Source: Nitrospinaceae bacterium (lineage in GTDB: Bacteria; Nitrospinota; Nitrospinia; Nitrospinales; Nitrospinaceae). From it: a DNA stretch of 64,000 nucleotides. Below are positions 1 through 10,000 of this stretch, piece by piece. A program made the translations under genes and the position numbers. The stretch spans positions 1,376,001 through 1,440,000 of the forward strand of contig OZ245011.1 of assembly GCA_965223665.1 (NCBI GenBank), in the 5' to 3' direction. Positions within the stretch are counted from its first letter, which is position 1, and each line of letters opens with the position of its first letter. The notes under the pieces were generated by a model. It was not told the DNA's origin, did no database searches, and worked only from the letters and a program-made list of their open reading frames with translations.

Positions 1-1
1 T

Positions 2-478
2 GGGAATATCAATGATTTAAAAGAACAAAACAATCAAAAAGGACTTTACATTTCATTAGTAAACATACAAGAAGAAGAATCTTTAAAAAACGTTCCTCAC
101 ACTGTTCGAATAAATGGAAAACAGCATTACAAAGAACCCCCTGTCCACCTTAATATATTTCTTCTTTTTTCCTTTGCATTTGACAAATACGAAACCAGCC
201 TCCAACGACTCTCCCAGGTAATTGAATTATTTCAAAACAAAAGAGTCTATTCAAAAACTAATGCTTCAACAGAGAATCCTTTTCCTGGAGTTTTACAAAA
301 ATTAATCTTTGATCTTTCAAGCTTGGATTTTGAAAAGTTAAATTATTTATGGGGAATTTTAGGGGGAAGTTATTATCCCTCTGTTTTGTACAAAGTCCGA
401 ATGATAAGGATTCAAAAAGATGAATCCTTAGCTGGACCAGAAATTACAAACATTGAAGTAAACACTGGATTGATCTAA
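2..478 (+). CDS. eCIS cap/tail-terminator protein, DUF4255 (Afp16/Pvc16-like), 5'-truncated by the window edge
   Basis: Not in the ORF track. Frame 2 is open from base 2 to TAA at 476-478 and reads ...LYISLVNIQEEESLKN...PPVHLNIFLLFS...YETSLQRLSQVIELFQ...LDFEKLNYLWGILGGSYYPSVLYKVRMI..., the DUF4255 pattern. First gene of the CIS cluster. Confidence 0.85.
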   Translation, partial: GNINDLKEQNNQKGLYISLVNIQEEESLKNVPHTVRINGKQHYKEPPVHLNIFLLFSFAFDKYETSLQRLSQVIELFQNKRVYSKTNASTENPFPGVLQKLIFDLSSLDFEKLNYLWGILGGSYYPSVLYKVRMIRIQKDESLAGPEITNIEVNTGLI

Positions 479-483
479 TCAAA

Positions 484-1230
484 ATGAGTTTTATTAGACA
501 ATATCGTCGCCTATTCAAAATTGAAGCTCGAGACAGCTCTACCAAAAAGCCTTTGGAGGCTATAAAGTTTTCCCCAACATTTGAATGTCTCGAAAATTTA
601 CGAAATCATCATTTAGTTTCGAGAAAAAGAGAATCAGGAATTGAAATTTACTACCAACTAAACCCCGAATCTGAAGAACCAGTACTTGGAGCCATAGAAT
701 CCCAAACTCGTTTTGGCTTTGTTCTAGAAGTTCAGGGCGATCAATTTCCATTAAAGTATAAATCGGCTTTGTCTCCGGAAATTGGAAAGCATTACTTTTT
801 TGATAACATCAAAGGAAACGGAACCATCGAGATTAAAAAAGAAACCTCAATCACCGAAGGAAATGTTATGGGTAAAACCGACGCCATTCAAATTCATGGT
901 TCGGTATTTCACGAATGGGTCGAAATGAAAAATAATCCTAAGAAACTCATAATTAAAGAAAGATTCAAAGATACCATTATTAAGGAAATCCCTATTCAAG
1001 CAAAAAGTTCAGTCCAAAGGACTTCTGTCAAAGTGGATCTTTCTTCTTTAGAAAAAGGAGAATATCGAATAACTACGGACGCCACTGGAGGAAAGACAAA
1101 AAATATATATATCGATGATGATCTAGCAACCGCTTCGCTTCAAGGATTGGTAAATATTTACTTAAATGAACCACAGGATAAAGTCCCAAATGAAGGGGCT
1201 CAATTTATTATAAATTTCAAACCTCTTTAG
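484..1230 (+). CDS. eCIS accessory protein, putative cap adaptor (position equivalent to AlgoCIS Alg16B)
   Basis: 248-aa ORF tightly packed between cap and sheath genes. Function inferred from synteny only. Confidence 0.5.
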   Translation: MSFIRQYRRLFKIEARDSSTKKPLEAIKFSPTFECLENLRNHHLVSRKRESGIEIYYQLNPESEEPVLGAIESQTRFGFVLEVQGDQFPLKYKSALSPEIGKHYFFDNIKGNGTIEIKKETSITEGNVMGKTDAIQIHGSVFHEWVEMKNNPKKLIIKERFKDTIIKEIPIQAKSSVQRTSVKVDLSSLEKGEYRITTDATGGKTKNIYIDDDLATASLQGLVNIYLNEPQDKVPNEGAQFIINFKPL

Positions 1231-1311
1231 ACAAGGGATTTACAATTTCAATTTTATAAAGAGAATTTAAAAAGAAATTATTTGTTGACCGTTTTAAGTA
1301 AAGGATAGTTT

Positions 1312-2781
1312 ATGGCTAATACATATAAAACCCCAGGTGTATATATCGAAGAAATATCAGTTTTTCCTCCTTCAATTGCAGCCGTGGAAACAGCCATTCC
1401 AGCTTTTATTGGATTCACAGAAAAGGCCGAGGAAAAAAATGGAAAGACTTTAACCAATATTCCCACTCGCATTACATCACTTCTTGAATATGAACAAAAC
1501 TTTGGGAAAGCTCAAAATGAAGCTCTTTCAATAGATCTTGTTCAAAAGGTAAAAAAATCAGACAATCAAATTTTAGAGGCCACTTTATCATTTAACGGAA
1601 CGCCACCATCTTTGCCAAAACATTATCTTTATTACTCCATGCAAATGTTTTTCGAAAATGGCGGTGGCCCTTGTTACATTGTATCAATTGGAAATTATAG
1701 TACAGCTTATAAGGTAGATCTGTTTACAAAAGCAATTGATATTCTAGAAAAATATGATGAACCCACTCTTTTTGTTTTCCCTGATGCCTGCTTAGGAAAA
1801 GAGGGCGATGTTGGAAACATCATTAATAAAGCCCTCGGCAGTTGCAATAAAATGCAAGACCGGTTCACTATTGCCGATGTTTATAACGCTGTTCCTGATG
1901 GAACTGACACTGCAAAGAAAGTAAATGATTTATTTAGAGACAAAACCAGTAGTGATTTGGGTTTCACCAAATATGGAGCTGCTTATTACCCTTATCTTAA
2001 AACTTCTTTAAATTTCCAGGCCAGTGACAGCGATATTAAAGTAAAAACGCATAAAACTATTTCGGTAAAGGATGACGGAAGTGAAGAAGCGCCCAAAGAT
2101 GGACCCTTAAAAGACAAAGCAATTTCAGACGAATTGATTAAAACAAAGGACACGGCAGTTTACAACGCCGTAAAAGAATATATTCGTTTAAATGCTAAGG
2201 TGGTTCTTCCTCCCAGTGGAGCAATCGCGGGGGTTTATGCTCGAACGGACAGGTTGCGAGGAGTTTGGAAAGCTCCCGCTAATACCAGCGTTTTGAGAAC
2301 GATGGGTCCAGCTATAGATATCACTAACGATTTTAACGATGGTCTGAATGTAGATCCTTCCACAGGAAAATCCGTAAACGCCATCCGAGCTTTCTCCGGA
2401 AAAGGTACTCTAGTATGGGGTGGCAGAACTTTAGCAGGTAATGACAATGAGTGGCGCTATGTAAGTGTTCGCCGGTTTTTTAATATGGTGGAAGAATCCA
2501 CTAAAAAAGCGACCAGTCAATTCGTTTTTGAAGCCAATGACGCCAATACTTGGACAAAGGTTCGAGCAATGATCGAAAATTTCTTAATTTTGCAATGGCG
2601 GGCCGGAGCTCTGGCTGGCGCAAAACCTGAGCACGCTTTTTTTGTGAAGGTCGGACTCAATCAAACAATGACAGCCGATGATATTTTAAATGGATATATG
2701 ATTGTTGAAATCGGCATGGCAGTAGTTCGCCCTGCAGAATTCATAGTACTTCGTTTTTCACATAAAATGCAGGAATCATAG
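1312..2781 (+). CDS. Contractile tail sheath protein (Afp2/3/4-like)
   Basis: N-terminal YKTPGVYIEEI..AVETAIPAFIG; C-terminal PPSGAIAGVYARTD..RGVWKAPAN, WGGRTL..WRYVSVRR, VEIGMAVVRPAEFIVLRFSHKMQ. Confidence 0.95.
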   Translation: MANTYKTPGVYIEEISVFPPSIAAVETAIPAFIGFTEKAEEKNGKTLTNIPTRITSLLEYEQNFGKAQNEALSIDLVQKVKKSDNQILEATLSFNGTPPSLPKHYLYYSMQMFFENGGGPCYIVSIGNYSTAYKVDLFTKAIDILEKYDEPTLFVFPDACLGKEGDVGNIINKALGSCNKMQDRFTIADVYNAVPDGTDTAKKVNDLFRDKTSSDLGFTKYGAAYYPYLKTSLNFQASDSDIKVKTHKTISVKDDGSEEAPKDGPLKDKAISDELIKTKDTAVYNAVKEYIRLNAKVVLPPSGAIAGVYARTDRLRGVWKAPANTSVLRTMGPAIDITNDFNDGLNVDPSTGKSVNAIRAFSGKGTLVWGGRTLAGNDNEWRYVSVRRFFNMVEESTKKATSQFVFEANDANTWTKVRAMIENFLILQWRAGALAGAKPEHAFFVKVGLNQTMTADDILNGYMIVEIGMAVVRPAEFIVLRFSHKMQES

Positions 2782-2835
2782 TTCAAATAAATTTAAACAA
2801 TATTTCATTCATCAATACTTTTAAGGAAAAGAATC

Positions 2836-3270
2836 ATGGCAGAACAATATCCCCTCCCAAAATATCACTTTTCTGTGGATTGGGGCGGAACCAAAATATC
2901 ATTTACTGAAGTTTCTGGATTAGATGTGGAAACGGAAATAATTGAATATCGTGATGGTGCCAGTCCTCAATTCAGCAAACTAAAAATGCCTGGAATGCAA
3001 AAATACAGCAACGTGACATTGAAACGTGGAGTCTTCCAATCAGACAACGAATACTATGATTGGTGGAATACTGTGAACCTGAATACTATCGAACGACGCG
3101 ATGTAATTATTAGTCTTCTTAATGAAAATCATGAACCTGTTTCAGTCTGGAAATTGAATAACGCTTGGCCCTCCAAAATTCAATCCACTGATTTGAAAGC
3201 AGATGGAAATGAGGTGGCTATCGAATCTATGGAATTGGTTCACGAGGGATTGTCCATAAGCATGGAGTAG
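2836..3270 (+). CDS. Tail tube protein (T4 gp19-like, Afp1)
   Basis: YPLPKYHFSVDW, FTEVSGL..E.IEYRDG, NVTLKRG, W.L.NAWPSK, NEVAIESMELVHEG. Confidence 0.95.
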   Translation: MAEQYPLPKYHFSVDWGGTKISFTEVSGLDVETEIIEYRDGASPQFSKLKMPGMQKYSNVTLKRGVFQSDNEYYDWWNTVNLNTIERRDVIISLLNENHEPVSVWKLNNAWPSKIQSTDLKADGNEVAIESMELVHEGLSISME

Positions 3271-3274
3271 TTTT

Positions 3275-3709
3275 ATGTATTATCCTCCAGTGGGTTTTCA
3301 TTTTAAGGTCGAGTTTGATATTCCAGGAATCGCTAACAATGATTTCAGGTTCCGAGAGGTATCCGGAATCTCTCTCGAATTGGAAGAGGAAGCTGTAAAT
3401 GAAGGTGGTGAAAACCGATTTGTTCATAAACTTCCTAGCAGGGCTCGCTATCCGGACCTGGTTCTCAAGCGAGGAATGCTAACAGACTCTACTGTACAAA
3501 AGTGGTGCCGTGAAGCCATTCAAAATCATGACATCCAACCGGCCACCGTTTGGGTCACTTTGTTAAATGAGGAACATACTCCCTTAAAAACGTATTCCTT
3601 TAACAACGCCTGGCCAAAAAAATGGTCCATCAGTGACTTTAATGCGGAAAGCAGTGATCTTATTGTAGAGACATTGGAGTTGGCGTATCAATATTATTCA
3701 ATGGAGTAA
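3275..3709 (+). CDS. Second tail tube protein (gp19-like, Afp5)
   Basis: YYPPVGFHFKV, FREVSGI, EGGENRFVHKLP..YPDLVLKRG, AWPKKWSISDFNA, VETLELAY. Confidence 0.95.
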   Translation: MYYPPVGFHFKVEFDIPGIANNDFRFREVSGISLELEEEAVNEGGENRFVHKLPSRARYPDLVLKRGMLTDSTVQKWCREAIQNHDIQPATVWVTLLNEEHTPLKTYSFNNAWPKKWSISDFNAESSDLIVETLELAYQYYSME

Positions 3710-3712
3710 TCC

Positions 3713-3883
3713 GTGACTATTATTATTCATGAATTAGTTATTAAAAGTAAAGTGGGTAAGGATTCGAGGGGAGAACCTCAACCCTCCGAAAGAAGAAAAC
3801 CCCTGGCACTTGAAAAAAAAGAAATCATTCAAGAGTGTGTTGAAGAAGTTTTAAAAATTATTGAACAGAAAGAAGAACGATGA
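3713..3883 (+). CDS. Small eCIS plug protein (DUF5908/Afp6-like), 56 aa
   Basis: Below the ORF-track length cutoff. GTG at 3713 to TGA at 3883 gives MTIIIHELVIKSKV...KEIIQECVEEVLKIIEQKEER, matching the family pattern (I.ELVIK...I..CVE.VL.I..K.ER). The stop overlaps the next ATG. Confidence 0.8.
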   Translation: MTIIIHELVIKSKVGKDSRGEPQPSERRKPLALEKKEIIQECVEEVLKIIEQKEER

Positions 3884-4572
3884 TACCGCTACCTTCCGTT
3901 GATGGGGTCCTGGATAAAGTAAAAATAATTCCGTTTGAAAATCCGGAAACATTCCAAATGGGATTCCCTATTGGTCCTCCCTTTATTGCTCAATTCAATC
4001 CTGAATCTTTCAGCATTGACACCCAATACGATTGGGGCCCAGAGGAAACCACTCACGGAGATAAAGGGGGAGAAGCTAAATTTAAGTCGGTCAATCAAAG
4101 AACTTTTAGCATGGATTTTTTGTTAGATGGAACAGGAGCCAGCGGTTTTCCAATGGAAGTGAAAGTAGGTTTGAAGCTATTTGAAGCCACAGTTCAATTT
4201 TCTGGAAACCTTCATCGACCCAATTATTTAGTTGTTCATTGGGGTTTATTTTTGGTCACCTGTGTTTTAGAGAGTTATACGGTCAACTACAAGTTATTTC
4301 GGCCCGACGGAAGTCCATTGAGAGCCGTCATCTCTGCATCCTTTAAAGAACACATCGCAAATGAAAAAAATGAACTGATTAAGAATTTGCTTTCCCCTGA
4401 TCTAACTCATTTTCATTCAGTAAACGATGGAGAGCATTTGACTTGGCTTTCGCAAAAAACTTACAAGAATCCAAATTATTATTACCAAATTGCAGAGTCG
4501 AATAATCTAAACAATTTAAGGCAATTGAAAACTGGGCAAGAATTATTGCTTTATCCTATTGCGGACAAATAA
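3880..4572 (+). CDS. CIS tube initiator with C-terminal LysM-like domain (Afp7)
   Basis: FNPESFS, LDGTG, HRPNYLVVHWG, YKLFRPDGSPLRA, SPDLTH.H.V..G..L....Y..P.YY.QIA..N.L.N.R.L..G..L. Confidence 0.9.
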   Translation: MIPLPSVDGVLDKVKIIPFENPETFQMGFPIGPPFIAQFNPESFSIDTQYDWGPEETTHGDKGGEAKFKSVNQRTFSMDFLLDGTGASGFPMEVKVGLKLFEATVQFSGNLHRPNYLVVHWGLFLVTCVLESYTVNYKLFRPDGSPLRAVISASFKEHIANEKNELIKNLLSPDLTHFHSVNDGEHLTWLSQKTYKNPNYYYQIAESNNLNNLRQLKTGQELLLYPIADK

Positions 4573-6326
4573 TGGCATTAAACCTGGGAGCACTTATAGA
4601 TAATCGAGCTACCGACCTTACAACCTTTACTGTCAAGGTCAACGGGGAACCTTTACCTGGAATCTATAAAGTTAAATGGATTGATATCTTTAAGGCCTTA
4701 AATAAAGTTTCTCATGCTGAAATAACCATTCTAGACGGAGATCCCACTGGACAGGAATTTGCTCTCAGCAATGAAGATTTATTAATACCTGGAAATGAGA
4801 TTGAAGTATTTGGAGGGTACTCCAATGAAGAGGATCTCATTTTTAAAGGTGTAATAGTTAATCAAAAAATTTCAATGAAAAAAGAGGGTGACAGTATCGT
4901 TTGCATTCATTGCAAGGACGCATCCTACAAAATGACTTTAGTCCGCCGTTCAAATTACTACAAAGAGTTGTCAAACAGTCAACTGATTGAGGAACTCGTA
5001 GGTAGATACTCTGGTTTATCTACTCTTGCAGAACCCACCCAAACAATCTTTCCAGAAATCGTTCAATACCAAGTTTCCGATTGGGACTTGATGGTTTCTC
5101 GCGCAGAAAAATCCAGTATGGTTTGCTTAGCATCGGATGGAGAGATCAAAGTATTTAAACCTTCTATCAGTCAAACTCCGATAACAACTCTCACTTATGG
5201 AAGAAATATGTTTGACTTCAATATGGAGATGGATGCGCGCTTACAGTATGGAGACATAAAAGCAAGCAGTTGGGACTTGGGTGATCAAGCTCCCTTAGTA
5301 GCTGAAATATCAGATGTAGACATTCCCCCGCATGGCAACATAAGTGGTCCTGAATTAGCCAGCGTTAGTGAAAGTCCTTCTCTTGAATTGAAACATAGCG
5401 GACGTTTAAGCCAAGAACAATTAGATAGTTGGGCTGAATCCCAAATGATCAAATCACGGTTTTCTAGAATTCGAGGAACGGTTCAATTTCAAGGTACCGC
5501 TGAAATTAGACCGGGTGATTTAGTAGAACTTGATGGGCTGGGAGATCGTTTTAATGGAACTTCATTTGTTTCTGGAGTTCGCCATTCATTGGGCAAGGGA
5601 GATTGGGTTACCTCCGTACAGGTTGGCTTGGACCCTAACTGGCATCAGCAAAATTTTCCGGTAGACCCCATGCCAGGTTCAGGACTCAATACTTCCATAA
5701 CCGGTTTACAAATAGGTGTAGTCACGCAAATAGAAGGCGATCCTGATAGCGAAGAAAGAATATTAGTACGTCTTCCTCTTATCAGTTCCGAAGAAGATGG
5801 AATTTGGTCCAGAATTGCCACCTTAGAAGCTGGAGAAAATCGTGGATTTGTTTTTCGTCCGGAAATTGGAGATGAAGTGATTGTAGGATTTATTGAAGGA
5901 GATCCTCATCAAGCAATTGTATTAGGTGGGTTACATAGTAGTAATAAACCATCTCCTATTGAGGCAAAAGATGACAACCACATTAAAGGATGGGTTACTC
6001 GGAGCGAAATGAAAGTTACTTTTAATGATGAAGATATCAGCCTAACCATTGAAACCCCCAATGGAAATAAAATTGAATTGAGTGATAAAGATGGAAGTAT
6101 TGCTATCAAGGATGAAAACGGGAATTCCATCACCTTAAACTCAGACGGCATTGCATTAGAGTCTGCCAAAGATATTATTTTAAAAGCCCTAAACGATGTC
6201 TCAATAGAAGGGGTAAATAGCACCCTCAAAGCTCAGGCCAATTTGACCGCGGAAGGCAACGCTGGAGCAGCGCTGAAAAGCGGAGGAAGTGTTGAGGTTA
6301 AGGGATCAATAGTTCAAATAAATTAA
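4572..6326 (+). CDS. vgrG: VgrG-like spike (Afp8)
   Basis: gp27-like N-terminus (VQYQVSDWDLMVSRAE), OB fold (LQIGVVT..DPDSEERILVRLP, FRPEIGDEVIVGF), gp5-like beta-helix C-terminus ending VKGSIVQIN. Confidence 0.95.
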   Translation: MALNLGALIDNRATDLTTFTVKVNGEPLPGIYKVKWIDIFKALNKVSHAEITILDGDPTGQEFALSNEDLLIPGNEIEVFGGYSNEEDLIFKGVIVNQKISMKKEGDSIVCIHCKDASYKMTLVRRSNYYKELSNSQLIEELVGRYSGLSTLAEPTQTIFPEIVQYQVSDWDLMVSRAEKSSMVCLASDGEIKVFKPSISQTPITTLTYGRNMFDFNMEMDARLQYGDIKASSWDLGDQAPLVAEISDVDIPPHGNISGPELASVSESPSLELKHSGRLSQEQLDSWAESQMIKSRFSRIRGTVQFQGTAEIRPGDLVELDGLGDRFNGTSFVSGVRHSLGKGDWVTSVQVGLDPNWHQQNFPVDPMPGSGLNTSITGLQIGVVTQIEGDPDSEERILVRLPLISSEEDGIWSRIATLEAGENRGFVFRPEIGDEVIVGFIEGDPHQAIVLGGLHSSNKPSPIEAKDDNHIKGWVTRSEMKVTFNDEDISLTIETPNGNKIELSDKDGSIAIKDENGNSITLNSDGIALESAKDIILKALNDVSIEGVNSTLKAQANLTAEGNAGAALKSGGSVEVKGSIVQIN

Positions 6327-6339
6327 TGGTTCAAAAGAG

Positions 6340-6633
6340 ATGAAACCCGCCGCAAGAATAAATGATATGCATACTTGCCCTATGGTAAACCCGGGAGGAG
6401 TTCCTCATGTGGGTGGCCCAATTATTCCCCCTGGAAGTCCAACAGTATTGATCGGTGGACAACCCGCTGCGCGAGTTGGAGATATTGCCACTTGCGTCGG
6501 CCCACCGGACACAATTGCTTCGGGTTCATCCACTGTGATGATCGGTGGACAACCGGCTGCACGCATGGGAGATTCTACGGCTCATGGCGGTGTAATCGTT
6601 TTAGGAAATCCAACTGTTCTGATTGGAGGGTAA
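6340..6633 (+). CDS. PAAR spike-tip protein (Afp10)
   Basis: Three PAAR motifs plus HTCP and H residues for metal binding. Confidence 0.95.
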   Translation: MKPAARINDMHTCPMVNPGGVPHVGGPIIPPGSPTVLIGGQPAARVGDIATCVGPPDTIASGSSTVMIGGQPAARMGDSTAHGGVIVLGNPTVLIGG

Positions 6634-6635
6634 AA

Positions 6636-7040
6636 ATGCCAACTGAAAATTCTTTTATTGGAAGAGGTTGGAGCTTTCCTCCAAGTTTCAATAGGGCGAG
6701 TGCCCGGGTAGAAATGACAGAAGGTATCGACGATATCCACAAAAGTTTAGAAATTATATTCAACACTTCCTTGGGTGAGAGAATCATGAATCCCAAGTTT
6801 GGGTGCTCTCTCAAGGATATGGTTTTTGAACCTATTAATACTTCTGTTATAGGTTATATTCAAAACTTAATTGAAACAGCAATACTATACCATGAGCCCA
6901 GAATTGATGCCGAAAACGTAAATGTGGAGTTTGATTCGAACGAAGGAGCTTTGCGAATTAAAATCGACTACAAAGTTCGTGGAAGTAATTCTCGCTTCAA
7001 CTTTGTTTACCCATTTTATATTCGAGAAGCCACAGGTTAA
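6636..7040 (+). CDS. gp25/GPW-like baseplate protein (Afp9)
   Basis: The real start is ATG 6636 (MPTENSFIGRGWSFPP), then DIHKSLEIIF.T.LGERIM.P.FGC, HEPRI, SRFNFVYPFY. The ORF-track extension from 6375 overlaps the PAAR gene. Confidence 0.93.
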   Translation: MPTENSFIGRGWSFPPSFNRASARVEMTEGIDDIHKSLEIIFNTSLGERIMNPKFGCSLKDMVFEPINTSVIGYIQNLIETAILYHEPRIDAENVNVEFDSNEGALRIKIDYKVRGSNSRFNFVYPFYIREATG

Positions 7041-7043
7041 CTA

Positions 7044-10000
7044 ATGCCAGAAAAGTGTGAACGAAAAAATCCATTAGTTCGAAAGGGCACAAGTCAAGGA
7101 GACCGCCGATTGGAGGCTTTTCATCCAAATTATTTTAAAGTTGATGAGCGTTCTCTGGCAGATTTGATTATTTTTTCCCAACGATTTAGCAAGGAAGTCC
7201 GACATTACGATAATACCGGTCAACCAAATGACTGGTTGCCCTTTTTCAATTCAGATATCACATCCGTTTTGGCTGGTGTGAGTCAAATTCCGGTGTCTTT
7301 GTTTTGGTCTGTTTCTAGCTCTTTACACAAGTTTTTAGAATCGGATCCTCAAAGACCAAAAGAACAATTATTAAGTCATTTCAAGTTATTCTTTTTGTTA
7401 CCCACTGTTCTGTTTCAGGAAATTGGGATATTCTATGACAAACTTCCCAATAACCATCCTTTAAAATTATTTATTGAGAACGCTTTCAAAACCGGCTTAG
7501 AAACGGCTATACCCCATTGGGTTGCATATTACAAAGGAGCGGTAAAGGAACTCAAACCAAAATTTAAAGACACTCCCTTTAAAAGAAAAGACCACAATAT
7601 TGACTTAAATAATTCTGATTCAAAATTAGAAATACCTTCAAGGATTACTGAACGGATGGATGAAGCACACCCGCTTTCTTCCCTACCGTTCAATACCAGT
7701 TTTCTTTCATTAATACCTGCGAAAGACTGGAATACTTTTTACAAATCAGTAAAAGTAGACTCATCTCCTTACACAGTGAATCCTGGAAAGCTGTATGAGC
7801 AAATTCGAGATGCTTTGAATAACAACTTACTCAATGATTCCCTAAAAAAAATATACGAGTTGGCGCAACATATCTCTCAGGAAGCAGCGAAATATTTTGA
7901 GGGATCTCTAACAAATTTAGAAGATCATGAACCTCATTATGGCCTTTGGCTTACATTCTTACAATTATTTAAACACAATCAGGATCATATCAATCAATTC
8001 ACCCAACGTCATCTCGATTATTATTTTCAAGAAATTCTACAAATTTCTAAACAAGAAGCTCAACCTAATAAGGCTCATTTGCTTTTCACATTAAATAAAA
8101 ATAAAAAAACGCATCTATTAAATCAAGGCACTCAGTTTAAGGCAGGGAAAGACAGCGAAGGCCAAGATGTAGCCTACCAGCTAGATAACGATTTCGTAAT
8201 CAATAAAGGCACTATAGAAAAATTAATGTCAATTACCCAACTTAAAAAAAATAAAAGTGAAGCTCTTTATGCCTCCTCCATAACCAACTCCCGTGATGGC
8301 CAGGGTCAGGAGTTACTTAAAAGTCAGCCTCAATGGAAACCATTTGGCCCTATCCAAAGCAAACCCAACGGCCGCCTCGGTTTTGCTATCGCAGATCGAC
8401 AGCTTTTTTTACGAGAAGGTCTTCGAACAATAACACTGACAATTCGTTTAAAGGATCGAATCCGAGTTTCCTCACTCAAAAATACATTTAAAGTCTTTTT
8501 GACATCTGAAGAAGGTTGGCTAGAAATAACAAACCCAGAGAAACTTGATATTTCAATTAACAGAAGATCATTATTAATAATCCAAGTCACCCTTGATGGT
8601 GATGATCCTCCCATCATCCCTTTTAACTCGAATCTCCACGAGGGAAATTATTCAACTTCCTGGGCGGTTGCTAGATTTGAAATAAATCAAGAGTCCAATG
8701 CATATTCCTTTTTACAAAATGCCAGAATCAGATCTACCTGGTTAAAAGTACGCACAGAAAATTTAAGAAATATAACTGCACACAACATCCAAGGTCCTTT
8801 GGATACCAGCAAACCGTTTTTACCTTTTGGTTCCCAACCGGAAGAAGGAGCATATTTCATTTTTGGAAACAGCGAACTATTTAGTAAACCTTTAAAGGAA
8901 ATCAAATTTAATGTTGATTGGAAAGAAGATCATAACAGCAAAGACTATTTTTTGAGCCAAACATTTACTCGTAACGATTTCAGCTTTGAACAACTAAAAG
9001 CGTCTTTTTGGAACCCATTGGTTCAGTGGTATCAATACCCTAGGAATAGACAACGAAAACAAGCGGAAAGATTAGACACTCAAACTTTCACTATTCAATT
9101 TCCTTTAAAAAGCAAATTTGAGACGGACCAACCTTTTGAAAATCCGGTTTATTCAAATAAATCTTCTTCCGGCTTTGTAAAGGTGCTTCTCAATAGAGAG
9201 TTTGGACATAAAGATTTTAATACAAAAAAAACTCTTGCATTAATCAATAAAGCCAATCCATCGCAAAGCAAAAATATCATCCCCCTGTCGATGAAGTTTT
9301 TAAAAATTCGAACTCACATACCTTCAAAGGAAATTAAAGTATCCAAGCGAAAAATAGTGAGAATTAAAAGTTTGATACCACAACAAATCAACTATGTAGA
9401 TGGAATACCATTAGATCCATACACTCCTGAAATCGTTTCATTCGATTTGACCTATTCCACACATGCTTCCCCCCCCGATCAAATGTTTCATTTGTATCCA
9501 TTTGGACCACAATCGATTAACGACGAAATAAATACAGAACTTAGGGACCGCTTGCTTCCTTCAATAAGAAATGAGGGCGAACTTTATATTGGAATTAAAA
9601 ATTTAAATCCTCCGGAACAAATATCTATGCTGTTTCAAACACTAGACGGAAGTTCCAACCCACTAAAAGAAGAACAACCGATTCACTGGCATTATTTAAA
9701 AGGAGACGTCTGGAAAAACCTACAAGATCATTCTGTGGATGACAAAACCAACAATCTAACGAGTACCGGGATTATCCGCATTGCCCTCCCGGAAGAGGCA
9801 AATACCACACACAATATTTTACCAAGTGGATTGCATTGGTTAAGGTTATCTGTAGAAAAAAACATAGATGCGCTCAATGATTTACTAGCGATTGATTCTC
9901 AAGCGGCAACAGTTTCTTTTAAAGATCAAAATAATTCTTTAGACTTTTTGAAAACACCTCTGCAAGCAGAAACCATTTCCAAGCTCAAAATTAGTAATTC

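Noticed and set aside
6375-6635. N-terminal extension of the gp25 ORF in the ORF track
   Set aside because: It overlaps the PAAR gene in another frame; the family N-terminus begins at ATG 6636.
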